Assembly (NCBI GenBank): GCA_963637115.1 | Contig: CAVHLO010000001.1 | Span: 244,333-308,332 of the forward strand | Direction of reading: 5' to 3' | Length of the DNA stretch: 64,000 nucleotides | Source: a bacterium | GTDB lineage: Bacteria > Patescibacteriota > Saccharimonadia > Saccharimonadales > Saccharimonadaceae | Shown: positions 46,082-55,953 of the stretch, in pieces | Numbering within the stretch: the first letter of the stretch is position 1 | How the letters are laid out: each line of letters opens with the position of its first letter | Program-made: the position numbers and the translations under genes | Notes under the pieces: generated by a model | Told to the model about the DNA's origin: nothing | Databases searched by the model: none | Seen by the model: only the letters and a program-made list of their open reading frames with translations

Positions 46082-46834
46082 ATGATGGCGAAACGGGAAA
46101 AATCTAATCCAGAGAAAAATAAAAACGGTGGATTTAAAGCCAAGTCGCAAAAGTTGAAGGCGAAGGTGTTGAAGTCGTATTACGGCAACCCGATGAAAGA
46201 TATGAAGCTGATTGCGATTACTGGGACGACAGGAAAGACGACCGTGGCGCATTATGTGCATGAGATTTTAAAAGCTTCTGGCGAACAAGTAGCAGTACTA
46301 GCGAGTGACCAACCGTTTAAGATAGGGATGCTTCATAAGTTTTTGTCGGATGCCTGGAAAGCGGGGGCGAATTATGTAGTGGTGACGGTGCCGGCGGAGG
46401 GGTTACGTGATAATGTGTTTTATGGACTGCCAGTGACGGTGGCGGCAATGACGAATTTTGTAACGGCCGGGCTGAACGATATATCACCAGACGAATATTT
46501 AGACAATGAGAAGACTTTGTTTGATATGAAACCGGAAATTGTGGTGCTAAATCATGATGATTTAAATTATGATACTTTTTCCGAATTTAAGGGAACAGAG
46601 GCGACAATTACATTTGGGCAGAGTTCGGCAGATGTGAAAATTTTGAATTCTAAACTATACAGCAGGGGAACAGAGGCGACGGTATCAATGCGGACAGAAA
46701 TTACGACATTGGCGACATTTGTGTCTGGCGAGACGGCGGTGTCGTATATGGCTTGCGCGGCGGCGATTGCGGAGGGGTTAAAAATTCCGAACGAAAAAAT
46801 CGTGGACGGAATTGCGGAATATAATCCAGCTTAG
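46082..46834 (+). CDS. Mur-ligase-family protein, central domain only (250 aa, probably non-canonical)
   Basis: P-loop ITGTTGKTT, but it lacks the C-terminal domain and the TNLxxDHLDYH-type motif. Lys-rich N-terminal tail. TATAAT 6 nt upstream of the ATG. Confidence 0.6.
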   Translation: MMAKREKSNPEKNKNGGFKAKSQKLKAKVLKSYYGNPMKDMKLIAITGTTGKTTVAHYVHEILKASGEQVAVLASDQPFKIGMLHKFLSDAWKAGANYVVVTVPAEGLRDNVFYGLPVTVAAMTNFVTAGLNDISPDEYLDNEKTLFDMKPEIVVLNHDDLNYDTFSEFKGTEATITFGQSSADVKILNSKLYSRGTEATVSMRTEITTLATFVSGETAVSYMACAAAIAEGLKIPNEKIVDGIAEYNPA

Positions 46835-46849
46835 TTTTTAGGCGCGTGC

Positions 46850-48148
46850 CTAATTTTTGAATTTTGCTCTTAAGAGTTCGCGAGTAACTTTAATATCTTC
46901 AAAGGCGTGTGGGCCGTCGGCACGAAGAATGGTTTTTTCGTGGCCTTTGCCGAGAATGAGGACTAGGTCGCCTTTTTTCGCGGTGTCGAGGGCTAGTTTA
47001 ATAGCTGTTTTGCGATTTAATTCTTTGAATAAATCTTTGCCGAGGACTTTGCCCTCTTTCTTTGCGCCTTCGATAAACGCGGCAGCGATAGCCTCGGGGT
47101 CTTCGTCGCGAGAGTCGTCTTCGGTGATAATGACGATATCGGAATTTTTAGCGAGGATACGGCCACGAATTGGGCGGGTCGAGGGGTCGCGACGACCAGC
47201 ACCACCGTGGACGGAAATAATTCGACCTTGGTGATTTTTGACGCTATCAAAAACTTTTTCGAGAGCGTCGGGGGCATGGGCGTAATCGACAATTACCGTA
47301 AAGGGTTGACCTTCATCGATTAAATTCATGCGACCTTCGACGCTACCAAGTGATTTTAGACCATTTTCAATTTCTTTGGGCTCTAACCCGAGTTTTTCGC
47401 CAACTACTGCTGCGGCGAGGGAATTATAAACATTAAATTCACCTGGAATTTTGGTTTCAATATTCATGCCGTGATATAAATATTTAACGCCCGAGACCTG
47501 AAGTTCAATATTTTCTGGGCGATTTTGACCGTTTTTTATACCATAGGACGAATAATTTTTCGTAAGCGTCTTGTAGAATTTGGTGGCGGAATCATCGGCG
47601 TTTAGGATACTGAACTTGGCTTTTTTGAATAATTTGCCTTTGGCGGCGCGGTAGCGGGCAAAAGTTTTATGATAATCGAGATGCTCGTGGGTAAGGTTGG
47701 TGAATACGGCGATTTCGACCGGAATGCCGAGGGTGCGAAATTCGGCGAGAGCATGAGAGGTGACTTCTAAAACCAAAAATTCGGCGCCGCTGTTTTTGAT
47801 TTCGTCAATACGGTGATTTAAAGTAAAAACATCGGGAGTGGTCATATGAGCGGAGGTGTGATGGAGAATTTTGGGGTTCAGGCTAGTGTCGGAAGAGTCG
47901 GTTTTGGGATTTTCGCCGACACCGCCCCAAGCGACCGTGGTAATAAGTCCGGTTTTACGACCGGCGGAATTTAGCATTTTCCAGAGCATGAAACAAGTGG
48001 TGGTTTTGCCGTTGGTGCCAGTTACGGCGATGACGCGAATATTTCGGGCAGGGAAGTGGTATTTAATGCCGGCGATAACAGATTGAGCGAAATGATAGGG
48101 CAGAACTGCCTCGTTATAACAGGGAAGTTTTTCGAGTAAGTGTTTCAT
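46850..48148 (-). CDS. murE: UDP-N-acetylmuramoyl-L-alanyl-D-glutamate--(L-Lys/DAP) ligase MurE
   Basis: VTGTNGKTTT, TNLTHEHLDYH, EGRMN, VDYAHAPDALEKV, GGAGRRDPSTRP. The N-terminal domain is shorter than usual. Confidence 0.82.
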   Translation of the reverse strand: MKHLLEKLPCYNEAVLPYHFAQSVIAGIKYHFPARNIRVIAVTGTNGKTTTCFMLWKMLNSAGRKTGLITTVAWGGVGENPKTDSSDTSLNPKILHHTSAHMTTPDVFTLNHRIDEIKNSGAEFLVLEVTSHALAEFRTLGIPVEIAVFTNLTHEHLDYHKTFARYRAAKGKLFKKAKFSILNADDSATKFYKTLTKNYSSYGIKNGQNRPENIELQVSGVKYLYHGMNIETKIPGEFNVYNSLAAAVVGEKLGLEPKEIENGLKSLGSVEGRMNLIDEGQPFTVIVDYAHAPDALEKVFDSVKNHQGRIISVHGGAGRRDPSTRPIRGRILAKNSDIVIITEDDSRDEDPEAIAAAFIEGAKKEGKVLGKDLFKELNRKTAIKLALDTAKKGDLVLILGKGHEKTILRADGPHAFEDIKVTRELLRAKFKN

Positions 48149-48163
48149 GGAACTATTATACCA

Positions 48164-49438
48164 CTAGCGATAGTGTTTGAGGGAGTCGATTGGATTTTTG
48201 GCGGAAGCTTTGATGGCGGGATACATGCCAAAAACGATACCAATGACGAGCGCGGTGCAGAAGGTAATGAGAATAATTTCCCAGCTAATAAATGGGGCGA
48301 AAGGGGTAAACGAGGAAATAATGAAGGCGAGAAAATAGGCGAGCAAGAGGCCGAGCAAACTTCCAGAGAAGGAGAGAAGTAGAGATTCTAAGAGAAATTG
48401 CATGAGAATGTTTTTACTTGAGGCGCCGACGGCTTTGCGCACACCAATTTCGTGAGTGCGTTCGGAGACGGAAACAAGCATAATATTCATAATACCGATA
48501 CCGCCGACAAGGAGTGAAATACTGCCAACGAGAGTTAATATGCCAGAGACGACACTGAAAAGAGTACTCGAAGGGTGTAAAATATCGTCGCCATAAGCAA
48601 CGGAAAAGTTCTGGTCGCCAGATTTCTTGGCAGAGAGGGCGGATTTGATTTCGGCGGAAACTTCGGGCAAGACGGCGGTGTTTGTGGCTTTGATATTGAT
48701 TTGCTGAATTTGAATTCCGCCGGTGATTTCGTTTAGATCTTTGGCATTCATAATAACAGCATTGTCGAAATCGACGTTATTGAAATTGATAGATTTGTTA
48801 ACTTCATCGAGCACGCCGACGATCATAAACTTCTCGCCGAGAATAGTGATAGTCTGACCAACGGTACTACTGATGGTATTAAAAAGACTAAGTGAGAGAG
48901 TGCGACCGAGTACGACAGGGCGGGCAGTGATTGAGCTGGATTTTTCGGTTTTTTCAGATTTTTCAGTGGTGGTTTGGTCGGTTAAAAATGAACCAAAACG
49001 CATAGTCAGGGGTTCGATTTTAATAAAATCGGAATTAGTGCCAAGAATAGCGACAGAGGTAAAAGTGTTTTTATCGGAAGAGACGGTGTTGGTCGAGATA
49101 GAGATAGGAGCGACAGCGGTGATGTTGTTGATATTTGAAATTGTTTGGATATCGGTTAGATTAAGGCTGGAATTTTGAAAAGCATTAGCGGTAGTAAATT
49201 CTTCAATAATGTTTGTGATAGTGCTTTTGTCGGAATTAGGACGAACGACGATTAGTTCATCGCCGAGAGCAGAGGTCTCGGTTTGGACAAGGTTAGAAAT
49301 ACTGCCCATGAGTGAAAAAATAAGAATAATGCTGGCTACGCCAATAGCAATACCGAGGCAAGTAAGAAATGAGCGAGTGCGATTGGCTTTGATAGAAGCG
49401 CGGGCGAGTTTGTAGTGGGTGCGAAAAAGTAGGGGCAT
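48164..49438 (-). CDS. ABC transporter permease, MacB/FtsX type
   Basis: N-terminal TM helix, large periplasmic-type domain, and a C-terminal FtsX 3-TM bundle (GIMNIMLVSVSERTHEIGVRKAVGA). Confidence 0.85.
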   Translation of the reverse strand: MPLLFRTHYKLARASIKANRTRSFLTCLGIAIGVASIILIFSLMGSISNLVQTETSALGDELIVVRPNSDKSTITNIIEEFTTANAFQNSSLNLTDIQTISNINNITAVAPISISTNTVSSDKNTFTSVAILGTNSDFIKIEPLTMRFGSFLTDQTTTEKSEKTEKSSSITARPVVLGRTLSLSLFNTISSTVGQTITILGEKFMIVGVLDEVNKSINFNNVDFDNAVIMNAKDLNEITGGIQIQQINIKATNTAVLPEVSAEIKSALSAKKSGDQNFSVAYGDDILHPSSTLFSVVSGILTLVGSISLLVGGIGIMNIMLVSVSERTHEIGVRKAVGASSKNILMQFLLESLLLSFSGSLLGLLLAYFLAFIISSFTPFAPFISWEIILITFCTALVIGIVFGMYPAIKASAKNPIDSLKHYR

Positions 49439-50271
49439 TATTTTTTTCTCCTAGTAGTTTTTGATTTTTTAGCTTTTTTGCGTTTGGTCTTTTTGGGAGT
49501 TGGGTTTTCTAGGGAAGAAAAGTCGGATTTTTTGCGACGTTTAACTTTAATTTCGATTGGTTGCGGAAGGTTTTGATCGGCAACGGTTTTGATATCGGTG
49601 TCGATATGACCGTCGAGCATATGAATAACGCGGGTGGCGTAAGTAGTGAGGAGGGGATTATGAGTAACCATAATAATAGTATTACCTTCGTCATGAATGG
49701 TTTTTAGTTCTTCCATAACTAGGTGCGAAGAACGGGAGTCAAGGCTACCGGTCGGTTCGTCAGCGAGAATAATCTCGGGACGGTTAACAATGGCGCGAGC
49801 AGTAGCGACACGCTGTTTTTGGCCGCCAGAAAGTTGGTATGGGTAGTAATATTCGCGCTCGCTGAGATTGAACCGACTTAAGACATCCGAGGCTTGTTTC
49901 AAACAGGCGGTGCGGCGACGACCGGTATAGACTAAAGGCAGTGCGACATTGTCGATCACGGATAGATTTTCGATCAAGTTAAAATCCTGAAAGATAAAGC
50001 CGATTTTTTCGGCACGAAGCTTGGCTTGACGAGAGGAGGAAATTTTAGCAACATTTTCGCCGTCTAAAAAATATTCCCCCCGAGTAGCATGATCTAATAG
50101 ACCAATAATATCCAGCAAAGTGGACTTACCACAGCCAGATGGGCCCATAATCATAATAAATTCGCCACGCTTAATTGTGAGGTCAAAATCTTTTAGCGCA
50201 AAAGTTTCGGCATCGCCGAAGCCATACCGTTTAGTGATACCTTTTAGTTCAATCAATATATTTTCGCTCAT
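49438..50271 (-). CDS. ABC transporter ATP-binding protein (MacB/LolD-like) with polybasic C-terminal tail
   Basis: Walker [10 protein letters not shown], signature LSGGQKQR, Walker B ILADEPT. The C-terminal part of about 50 aa is Lys/Arg-rich. Confidence 0.88.
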   Translation of the reverse strand: MSENILIELKGITKRYGFGDAETFALKDFDLTIKRGEFIMIMGPSGCGKSTLLDIIGLLDHATRGEYFLDGENVAKISSSRQAKLRAEKIGFIFQDFNLIENLSVIDNVALPLVYTGRRRTACLKQASDVLSRFNLSEREYYYPYQLSGGQKQRVATARAIVNRPEIILADEPTGSLDSRSSHLVMEELKTIHDEGNTIIMVTHNPLLTTYATRVIHMLDGHIDTDIKTVADQNLPQPIEIKVKRRKKSDFSSLENPTPKKTKRKKAKKSKTTRRKK

Positions 50272-50293
50272 GAGGAATGTGATGTTTTATGTT

Positions 50294-50374
50294 TGGCGGA
50301 AAGGACAGGATTGGTTATCCTAGGCCTTTCCTTCAAATTCCCCTCAGAATAGCAAGCTATTCTGAATGGAAATT
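50294..50374 (-). repeat. 81-nt module downstream of tRNA-Ser(GGA), ending in a 19-nt copy of the tRNA 3' end that can fold as an acceptor/T-arm-like minihelix
   Basis: Minus strand: hairpin CAGAATAG-CTTG-CTATTCTG, then GGAAAGG-CCT-AGGAT-AACCA-ATCCT-GT-CCTTTCC-GCCA (50331-50294). Confidence 0.85.
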
Positions 50375-50464
50375 TGGCGGAAAGGACAGGATTCGAACCT
50401 GCGAATGGGTTGCCCCATTACACGCTTTCCAAGCGTGCGCCTTCAACCACTCGGCCACCTTTCC
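50375..50464 (-). tRNA. tRNA-Ser (anticodon GGA)
   Basis: Reverse complement gives acceptor GGAAAGG/CCTTTCC, anticodon stem CACGC/GCGTG with loop TTGGAAA, long variable arm, T loop TTCGAAT, encoded CCA. Confidence 0.9.
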
Positions 50465-50486
50465 GTTAAATTAAGTTTAGCACGAA

Positions 50487-51659
50487 CTAGAGAGAAATTA
50501 AAGGGGATTTTGGCGATAAAATGACGAGATTTTCGATATGTGGGGTACGAGGAAAGAAATTAAAGGTTTTAACCGTTTCGATTTGATATTTATCAAGCAA
50601 AAGTTTGACGTCGCGAGCTTGAGTGGCGGGATTACAAGACAAATAAATAATTTTGACGGGCTTTACTTCTAAAAGTTTGTGAATAAGTTTGGCATCACAG
50701 CCAGCACGAGGTGGATCCAAAATTACAGTTTGATTTTCGCGAATGTGAGTTAGGACTTCTTCGGATTTAGATAAAATCGGGAGAACATTGCTGAGATTGT
50801 AGGAGTTATTTATCAATTCGGCGAAAGCGGAATTATCCACCTCGACCAAAGTGAGATTTTTATCGCGCGCAACGGAAAGTCCGATGGTGCCAACGCCAGC
50901 ATATAAATCTAAAACGTCGGTAGAAGTGATGTGGTTTTTAATTTCTTTGAGAGCCAATTCATAGACAGGCAGGTTAATCTGGAAAAAACCATTGGGAGAA
51001 TAAGAATAGGTTTGTCCAAGAATAACGTCGGTGAGCGGAGTAAAAACTGGGTGAGGTTTTTTCTTTTCTAAAAGCCCGCCGGAAACTTCGCCAGCTTGAT
51101 TACAACGCAGAAGCAGAGATTGATATCTGCGAGCCTCGTCGCCGTTTTGGTTAAGTTCGTTTACAATTTCGGTGGCGCGCTGAAAAATCTCGGGACGTTC
51201 GATAGAAGAGCTGGTAATAGGGATTTTTTGGTGCGAGCCTCGCATATGAAAGGCGAGTTGAATAGTCTCGAGTTCGTGATTATAATAGAGGGCATATTCC
51301 ATTTTGTTGCGATAAAAATATTCGCGGTGATCAGTGATAATATTGGGGGTAGAAATATTGATATTGTGCTCGCGAAAAAGTTCAACTACAAGTTGTTGTT
51401 TTTGCTCTAGTTCATAATTAAAATTCATAATTTGCCACGGGGAAGTGGACAAATGACACTCATCCGGCGGGAGAACACGATGCGGGGAAGTGTTTTCGAC
51501 TATAGTAGCAATCGCTTCGTAATAATGGGATTTTTCTTTGATGATTTGGTAATCCGAGACTTCTTCACCTGGCAGAGCATTCCAAAAGAAAATTTTGCGC
51601 CCGTCTTCGGCGGTACCGAGGCTCATGCCTCCTGGGATATTCTTTTCAACTTTAATCAC
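50487..51659 (-). CDS. rlmD: 23S rRNA (uracil-C5)-methyltransferase RlmD/RumA family
   Basis: DLYAGVGTIG, DPPRAG, YLSCNPAT. GTG start 6 nt after TGGTATAAT. Confidence 0.82.
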   Translation of the reverse strand: MIKVEKNIPGGMSLGTAEDGRKIFFWNALPGEEVSDYQIIKEKSHYYEAIATIVENTSPHRVLPPDECHLSTSPWQIMNFNYELEQKQQLVVELFREHNINISTPNIITDHREYFYRNKMEYALYYNHELETIQLAFHMRGSHQKIPITSSSIERPEIFQRATEIVNELNQNGDEARRYQSLLLRCNQAGEVSGGLLEKKKPHPVFTPLTDVILGQTYSYSPNGFFQINLPVYELALKEIKNHITSTDVLDLYAGVGTIGLSVARDKNLTLVEVDNSAFAELINNSYNLSNVLPILSKSEEVLTHIRENQTVILDPPRAGCDAKLIHKLLEVKPVKIIYLSCNPATQARDVKLLLDKYQIETVKTFNFFPRTPHIENLVILSPKSPLISL

Positions 51660-51699
51660 CCTTTGATTATACCATAGAATATGTTATAATTTAATTATA

Positions 51700-53877
51700 A
51701 TGAAGGCCGAAGAAATCTTGCAGGCGAGTGAAGACTCGGCGCTAGAGAATAATCAAATTATTACGCACGTCACGGGCAAAAAACAGCCGGCAAAAATCAA
51801 AAATAAGGCAAAATCTTTTGGCGCGGTAGGTTTTTTGACGTTGATTTTGGTCGTGGTGGCAGTATTATTTAGTTCGGGAAATATTATTCCGTCGGCGATT
51901 TCGGAGAGATTAATTGAAGAGACTGATGTACAATATGCGGACGCGGTGGAGAGTAAAAAGCTGGTGTTTCAGCAGGCGATGCAAAGTGGGGAGCTACCAG
52001 AAAATACCAAAGCAATATTAGAACAAAATGGATACACAGTGGGGACGGCCGAAAATGGGAGCATTGTTTTGACTGGGAACAATAAAACTATCACAGCGGA
52101 TAATTTTATTACGGAAGTAAGCACGGACGCTAATCTGTACAGTGCTTTTAATAATGCGACTTATTCGCGAGCGGCGTATTATTATGACGATTCAGCAAAA
52201 AAAGTGTTCAAAAAAATTGGCACGACGCGGAATAATTATACAGACGGCGCGGAGTTTAATGAAACAATGGAAAAAATGGTCGGGAGTGGGAGTGATATTA
52301 ATGTAAATAATGTAGCAACAGAGAAGGACGAGGAAAATAATATACAGTATGTGAATGCAGGGGGAACGAGTAACTCCGATGCGAGCGCGGGGGAGTTTAT
52401 TAGTGGAGTAAGCGCAGTGAATACAGCAGGAACGAGTACTGAGGCGACTCTAAATTCGGCGGATACCCTAAAAGTGGCAGATACGATTTCAAAAGAGCAA
52501 CGTTCGTCACTGTTTTATCTAACTTTTATGGAAAATATCAGCAAGATGAAAGCTGGGGAAGGAAATGAGTCTAGAATAAACGAAGCCATGAATTATTTGT
52601 ATGAAGAAAGCGAAACCGAGATTGTGGATGTCGAGACTGGAGAAACGATAAAGGTTAAGGGGACGGCGCTAGAATCGCCGAGCCTGTATTCGATTTTGGC
52701 GGGCGGAGAGGTGGATACAAAAATTACTCAGAATTATTCGTCGGAGCGGATTTTAAAAACGGTGGAAAATAAACTCGGAACCACGGAGGCGAGCGGGGCG
52801 ATTTCGGGAACGGTAGCTTCGACTAATACAGGAATAAAAGGTTCGATCGGGCGATTTTTAAATTTAAATACGGCTGGGTCGTCGACCGAGGTATTAAATT
52901 CGGTTAATAAAACGGTGGATAGTTCGCTAGTGAATAATTCTTATAGTACGATTTCGGGGGTGAGTGCGGGAGAATTTTTGGTGGAGGGGGCGGTGAACGT
53001 GGGTAAGGAACTAGCAAAAGCGAGCGGGGCGACGGCGGGAGACGCGGCGGCGGTGGTGAGTTATGCGCGCTTAACTTCCACGGTACTAGCGATGGACGCG
53101 GCGGCGGACAGAATTGACCGTAGTCCGTTTGATATTACTTCTAAAAATACATTTTTAGGGTCGATTATATATAAAGTGGCGGTGGCGAGCATGGGAATGA
53201 AAAATTCGCTATTTAAAAATGCAACTGTAATTTCAAATTTAACCACTTCGGCGGTTCTTAGCCTACTGCCAACAACTTATGCGGATGAAACGGACGGATT
53301 TTTGACAGAATTTGGCGATTGTGAGACTTATCAGACGATGCTAGGCGCGGTAGGGACGACACACTGTTCGGAAATTGCAACGTTTGATACTTCGACGTTG
53401 GATAATACTTTTAACGATGCTGGGTTTATAAATTTTGTGAACGAAAATACGACGCTGTCAGCCTCGGGAACGAGAACTGTTAATTCGGATTCGGTGCTGG
53501 CGGATTTTATTTTATATAATAATGAGCGGACGACACCAATGGGGATAATCGATGGTGGAATTTTGAGTTCGCTGAGTAATGGGTCGTTGTCGGTGGGGTT
53601 TTTGTCGGATTTTGTGGAGATGATAAAGAGTTTCTTGGGCGCAGACGAAACTAATAAGCGCATTGCTTCGGGGGCGGAGTATGTGAATTCGAGTAGTAAT
53701 CCAAATTGGTCAAAATATAAATATGCCCAGAGGTACGTGTCGCTAGCGCGAGCAACGGAGTCGCTAAGACAGTATGCGGATTCGGCGACGGCGTATAATA
53801 ATATTTTCGGGTTTGAGGGCGCGGAGAATCCTGTGGTGGCGTTTATTGAGAGTTATAATCAAACTGCTCAACGCTAG
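51700..53877 (+). CDS. large membrane-anchored hypothetical protein (725 aa)
   Basis: One N-terminal TM helix (AVGFLTLILVVVAVLF), then an Ala/Ser/Thr/Asn-rich region of about 660 aa. No family recognised. The 3' end overlaps recF by 35 nt (convergent). Confidence 0.6.
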   Translation: MKAEEILQASEDSALENNQIITHVTGKKQPAKIKNKAKSFGAVGFLTLILVVVAVLFSSGNIIPSAISERLIEETDVQYADAVESKKLVFQQAMQSGELPENTKAILEQNGYTVGTAENGSIVLTGNNKTITADNFITEVSTDANLYSAFNNATYSRAAYYYDDSAKKVFKKIGTTRNNYTDGAEFNETMEKMVGSGSDINVNNVATEKDEENNIQYVNAGGTSNSDASAGEFISGVSAVNTAGTSTEATLNSADTLKVADTISKEQRSSLFYLTFMENISKMKAGEGNESRINEAMNYLYEESETEIVDVETGETIKVKGTALESPSLYSILAGGEVDTKITQNYSSERILKTVENKLGTTEASGAISGTVASTNTGIKGSIGRFLNLNTAGSSTEVLNSVNKTVDSSLVNNSYSTISGVSAGEFLVEGAVNVGKELAKASGATAGDAAAVVSYARLTSTVLAMDAAADRIDRSPFDITSKNTFLGSIIYKVAVASMGMKNSLFKNATVISNLTTSAVLSLLPTTYADETDGFLTEFGDCETYQTMLGAVGTTHCSEIATFDTSTLDNTFNDAGFINFVNENTTLSASGTRTVNSDSVLADFILYNNERTTPMGIIDGGILSSLSNGSLSVGFLSDFVEMIKSFLGADETNKRIASGAEYVNSSSNPNWSKYKYAQRYVSLARATESLRQYADSATAYNNIFGFEGAENPVVAFIESYNQTAQR

Positions 53878-54853
53878 TGATAATGACTTGGTGGTGCTTG
53901 AAATTTTGAACCAGACATTGACGGCGAGATTCGTCGAGCTCGGAAAAAACATCGTCGAGCAGGATTAGAGGTTTTTGGTGAAGGGTTTCTTCGATAAGTT
54001 TAGCTTCGATAAATTTTAGGGCAAGAATAATAGAACGAGTTTCACCGCGCGAAGCTGAGCCGTCGGCTGGTTTATGGTTAAATTCAAATAGATATTCGTC
54101 GCGATGAATACCAAATGAAGTATGACCGAGATAATAATCTTTTTGAAAATTTTGTTCAAGCTGGTTAAAATATTTATTTTCGGATAAACCTAGGGCTTCA
54201 CTTCGATAAATAATGGCGACCTGATCGTCGTTTTTAGCGATGGAGTGATAAATATCGGGAAACAGGGAATTAATTTTATTAATATACTCAGCACGAGCGC
54301 CGGCAAGCTTGGCACCATAGCGAGCTAAAAGAATATTCCATGAAAAAAGTTCGGCGGGGGTAAGGTGGTCTTTTTTGAGAGTTTCGTTGCGTTGTTTGAG
54401 AGTTTTTTTGTAATGAGATAGATTTTCGGCATAAGTTTCGTCAAGATCGGAAAAAAGACCGTCAAAATAATCGCGACGTCGGCCCGGAGAGTGGCTGATC
54501 AAATTTAAATCCGAGGGCAAAAATAAAATAACAGGGTATTTTTGTTTTTTGGGCAGGCGTTTAGTTTTTTTATCGGCGGCATGAAAAAATTTATCCGTGC
54601 CGTCGTAGGTTGCAATAGTTTGGTTACCGTTTACATATTCGAGTTCGATGCGATAAAAATTTTCGCCACGTTTTATAATTTCGGGGTCAGTGGCGCGAAA
54701 ACTTTTACCTCTGGTCAGGATATAGATTGCTTCTAAAACCGAGGTTTTACCGCAACCATTCTCGCCGAGAATGAGAGAAGTTTCGTCTTTACATTCTAGA
54801 ATATAGTGAGAGTGGTTGCGAAAATTGGTTAATTTAATACTTTTAATGATCAT
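53843..54853 (-). CDS. recF: DNA replication/repair protein RecF
   Basis: LTNFRNH, Walker A GENGCGKTS, C-terminal LLDDVFSELD. dnaA-dnaN-recF synteny. Confidence 0.9.
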   Translation of the reverse strand: MIIKSIKLTNFRNHSHYILECKDETSLILGENGCGKTSVLEAIYILTRGKSFRATDPEIIKRGENFYRIELEYVNGNQTIATYDGTDKFFHAADKKTKRLPKKQKYPVILFLPSDLNLISHSPGRRRDYFDGLFSDLDETYAENLSHYKKTLKQRNETLKKDHLTPAELFSWNILLARYGAKLAGARAEYINKINSLFPDIYHSIAKNDDQVAIIYRSEALGLSENKYFNQLEQNFQKDYYLGHTSFGIHRDEYLFEFNHKPADGSASRGETRSIILALKFIEAKLIEETLHQKPLILLDDVFSELDESRRQCLVQNFKHHQVIITSVEQFDYNSQ

Positions 54854-55953
54854 TAAGTTTTGATGGGCATTATTAGATGAATATATTTTTCATCTTTTTT
54901 ATTTTTTATGATAACCGGCATGACTGGGTTAGAAAATTCGAATACAATTTCTCCGGTTTCGAAAGAATTGAGTGCGTCTAGGAGATAGCGGGAATTGACG
55001 CCGACTTTTTGGCTTTCGCTAACTTCGACCTCGATACAGGCGTTGCTTTCGCCGAATTCGTTGGCTACGGAATGAATAGAAAAGGTGTCTGGGGTGGTAG
55101 TTTCGCAAACAATTACGCCGTTAGAAGAGCGAGCAAAGAGAGCGGCAAGTTTAACTACGCGGATGACTTCGTCGCGTTTTAGGTTGAGCTTAAGGCTAGA
55201 TTCTTTGGGGATTAGTTTTTGGTATTCGGGGTAGCTAGAGTCGATTAATTTGGAGATGATTTCGACTTCACCGAGACGAAAACGGACGAGGTCTTCGTTA
55301 AAGGTGATATCGACAACTTCAATGTCGTCTGAGAGTGAGCGCATAACCTCTTGGAGGGAATTAGATGGGACAATGGCTTTAATTTCGCTTTCGACTTTGT
55401 CAATAAGTTGACGAGTGGCGATACGATAGCCATCGGTGGCAGCGATAACTAGCTTATCGCCGTCGGTATTAAAATATACGCCGGTAAGGGCTGGGCGAGT
55501 TAGGTCGTTGGAACTTGCAATTAGAACTTGACCGAGACCGGTTTTGAATTCGTCAACACCGAGTTGATAGGTAACGGCTTGGTCTTCGTTAATTTCGGGG
55601 AGTTCGGGAAAATCCTCAGCGGTAGTACCGTTAATGGTGGACGAGTATTTACCGGCAGAGATGGTGATTTTGGTATCACTGGCAGAAAGTTCGACTTGTT
55701 CGCCGCGAGGAAGATTAGAAATAAATTCGGTTAGAAGTCTGGCCGGGACAGTAACGACCCCATCTTCGGAGCTAGAGACTGGTAAAAAGTCAATTACTGC
55801 CATATCTAGATTGGTGGTGATTAAAGAAACTTTACCACCATCAACTCGGATTAAAACATTGTTTAAGATAGGTAGAGTGACTTTACCGATTGCAATTCGA
55901 CTAACATTATTTAGGGCTTTACTGAGTTTTTCTTGGGTAACTTGGATTTTCAT
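54853..55953 (-). CDS. dnaN: DNA polymerase III beta sliding clamp
   Basis: Three-domain clamp length and sequence (MKIQVTQEKLSKALNNVSRI...). Follows dnaA. Confidence 0.92.
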   Translation of the reverse strand: MKIQVTQEKLSKALNNVSRIAIGKVTLPILNNVLIRVDGGKVSLITTNLDMAVIDFLPVSSSEDGVVTVPARLLTEFISNLPRGEQVELSASDTKITISAGKYSSTINGTTAEDFPELPEINEDQAVTYQLGVDEFKTGLGQVLIASSNDLTRPALTGVYFNTDGDKLVIAATDGYRIATRQLIDKVESEIKAIVPSNSLQEVMRSLSDDIEVVDITFNEDLVRFRLGEVEIISKLIDSSYPEYQKLIPKESSLKLNLKRDEVIRVVKLAALFARSSNGVIVCETTTPDTFSIHSVANEFGESNACIEVEVSESQKVGVNSRYLLDALNSFETGEIVFEFSNPVMPVIIKNKKDEKYIHLIMPIKT

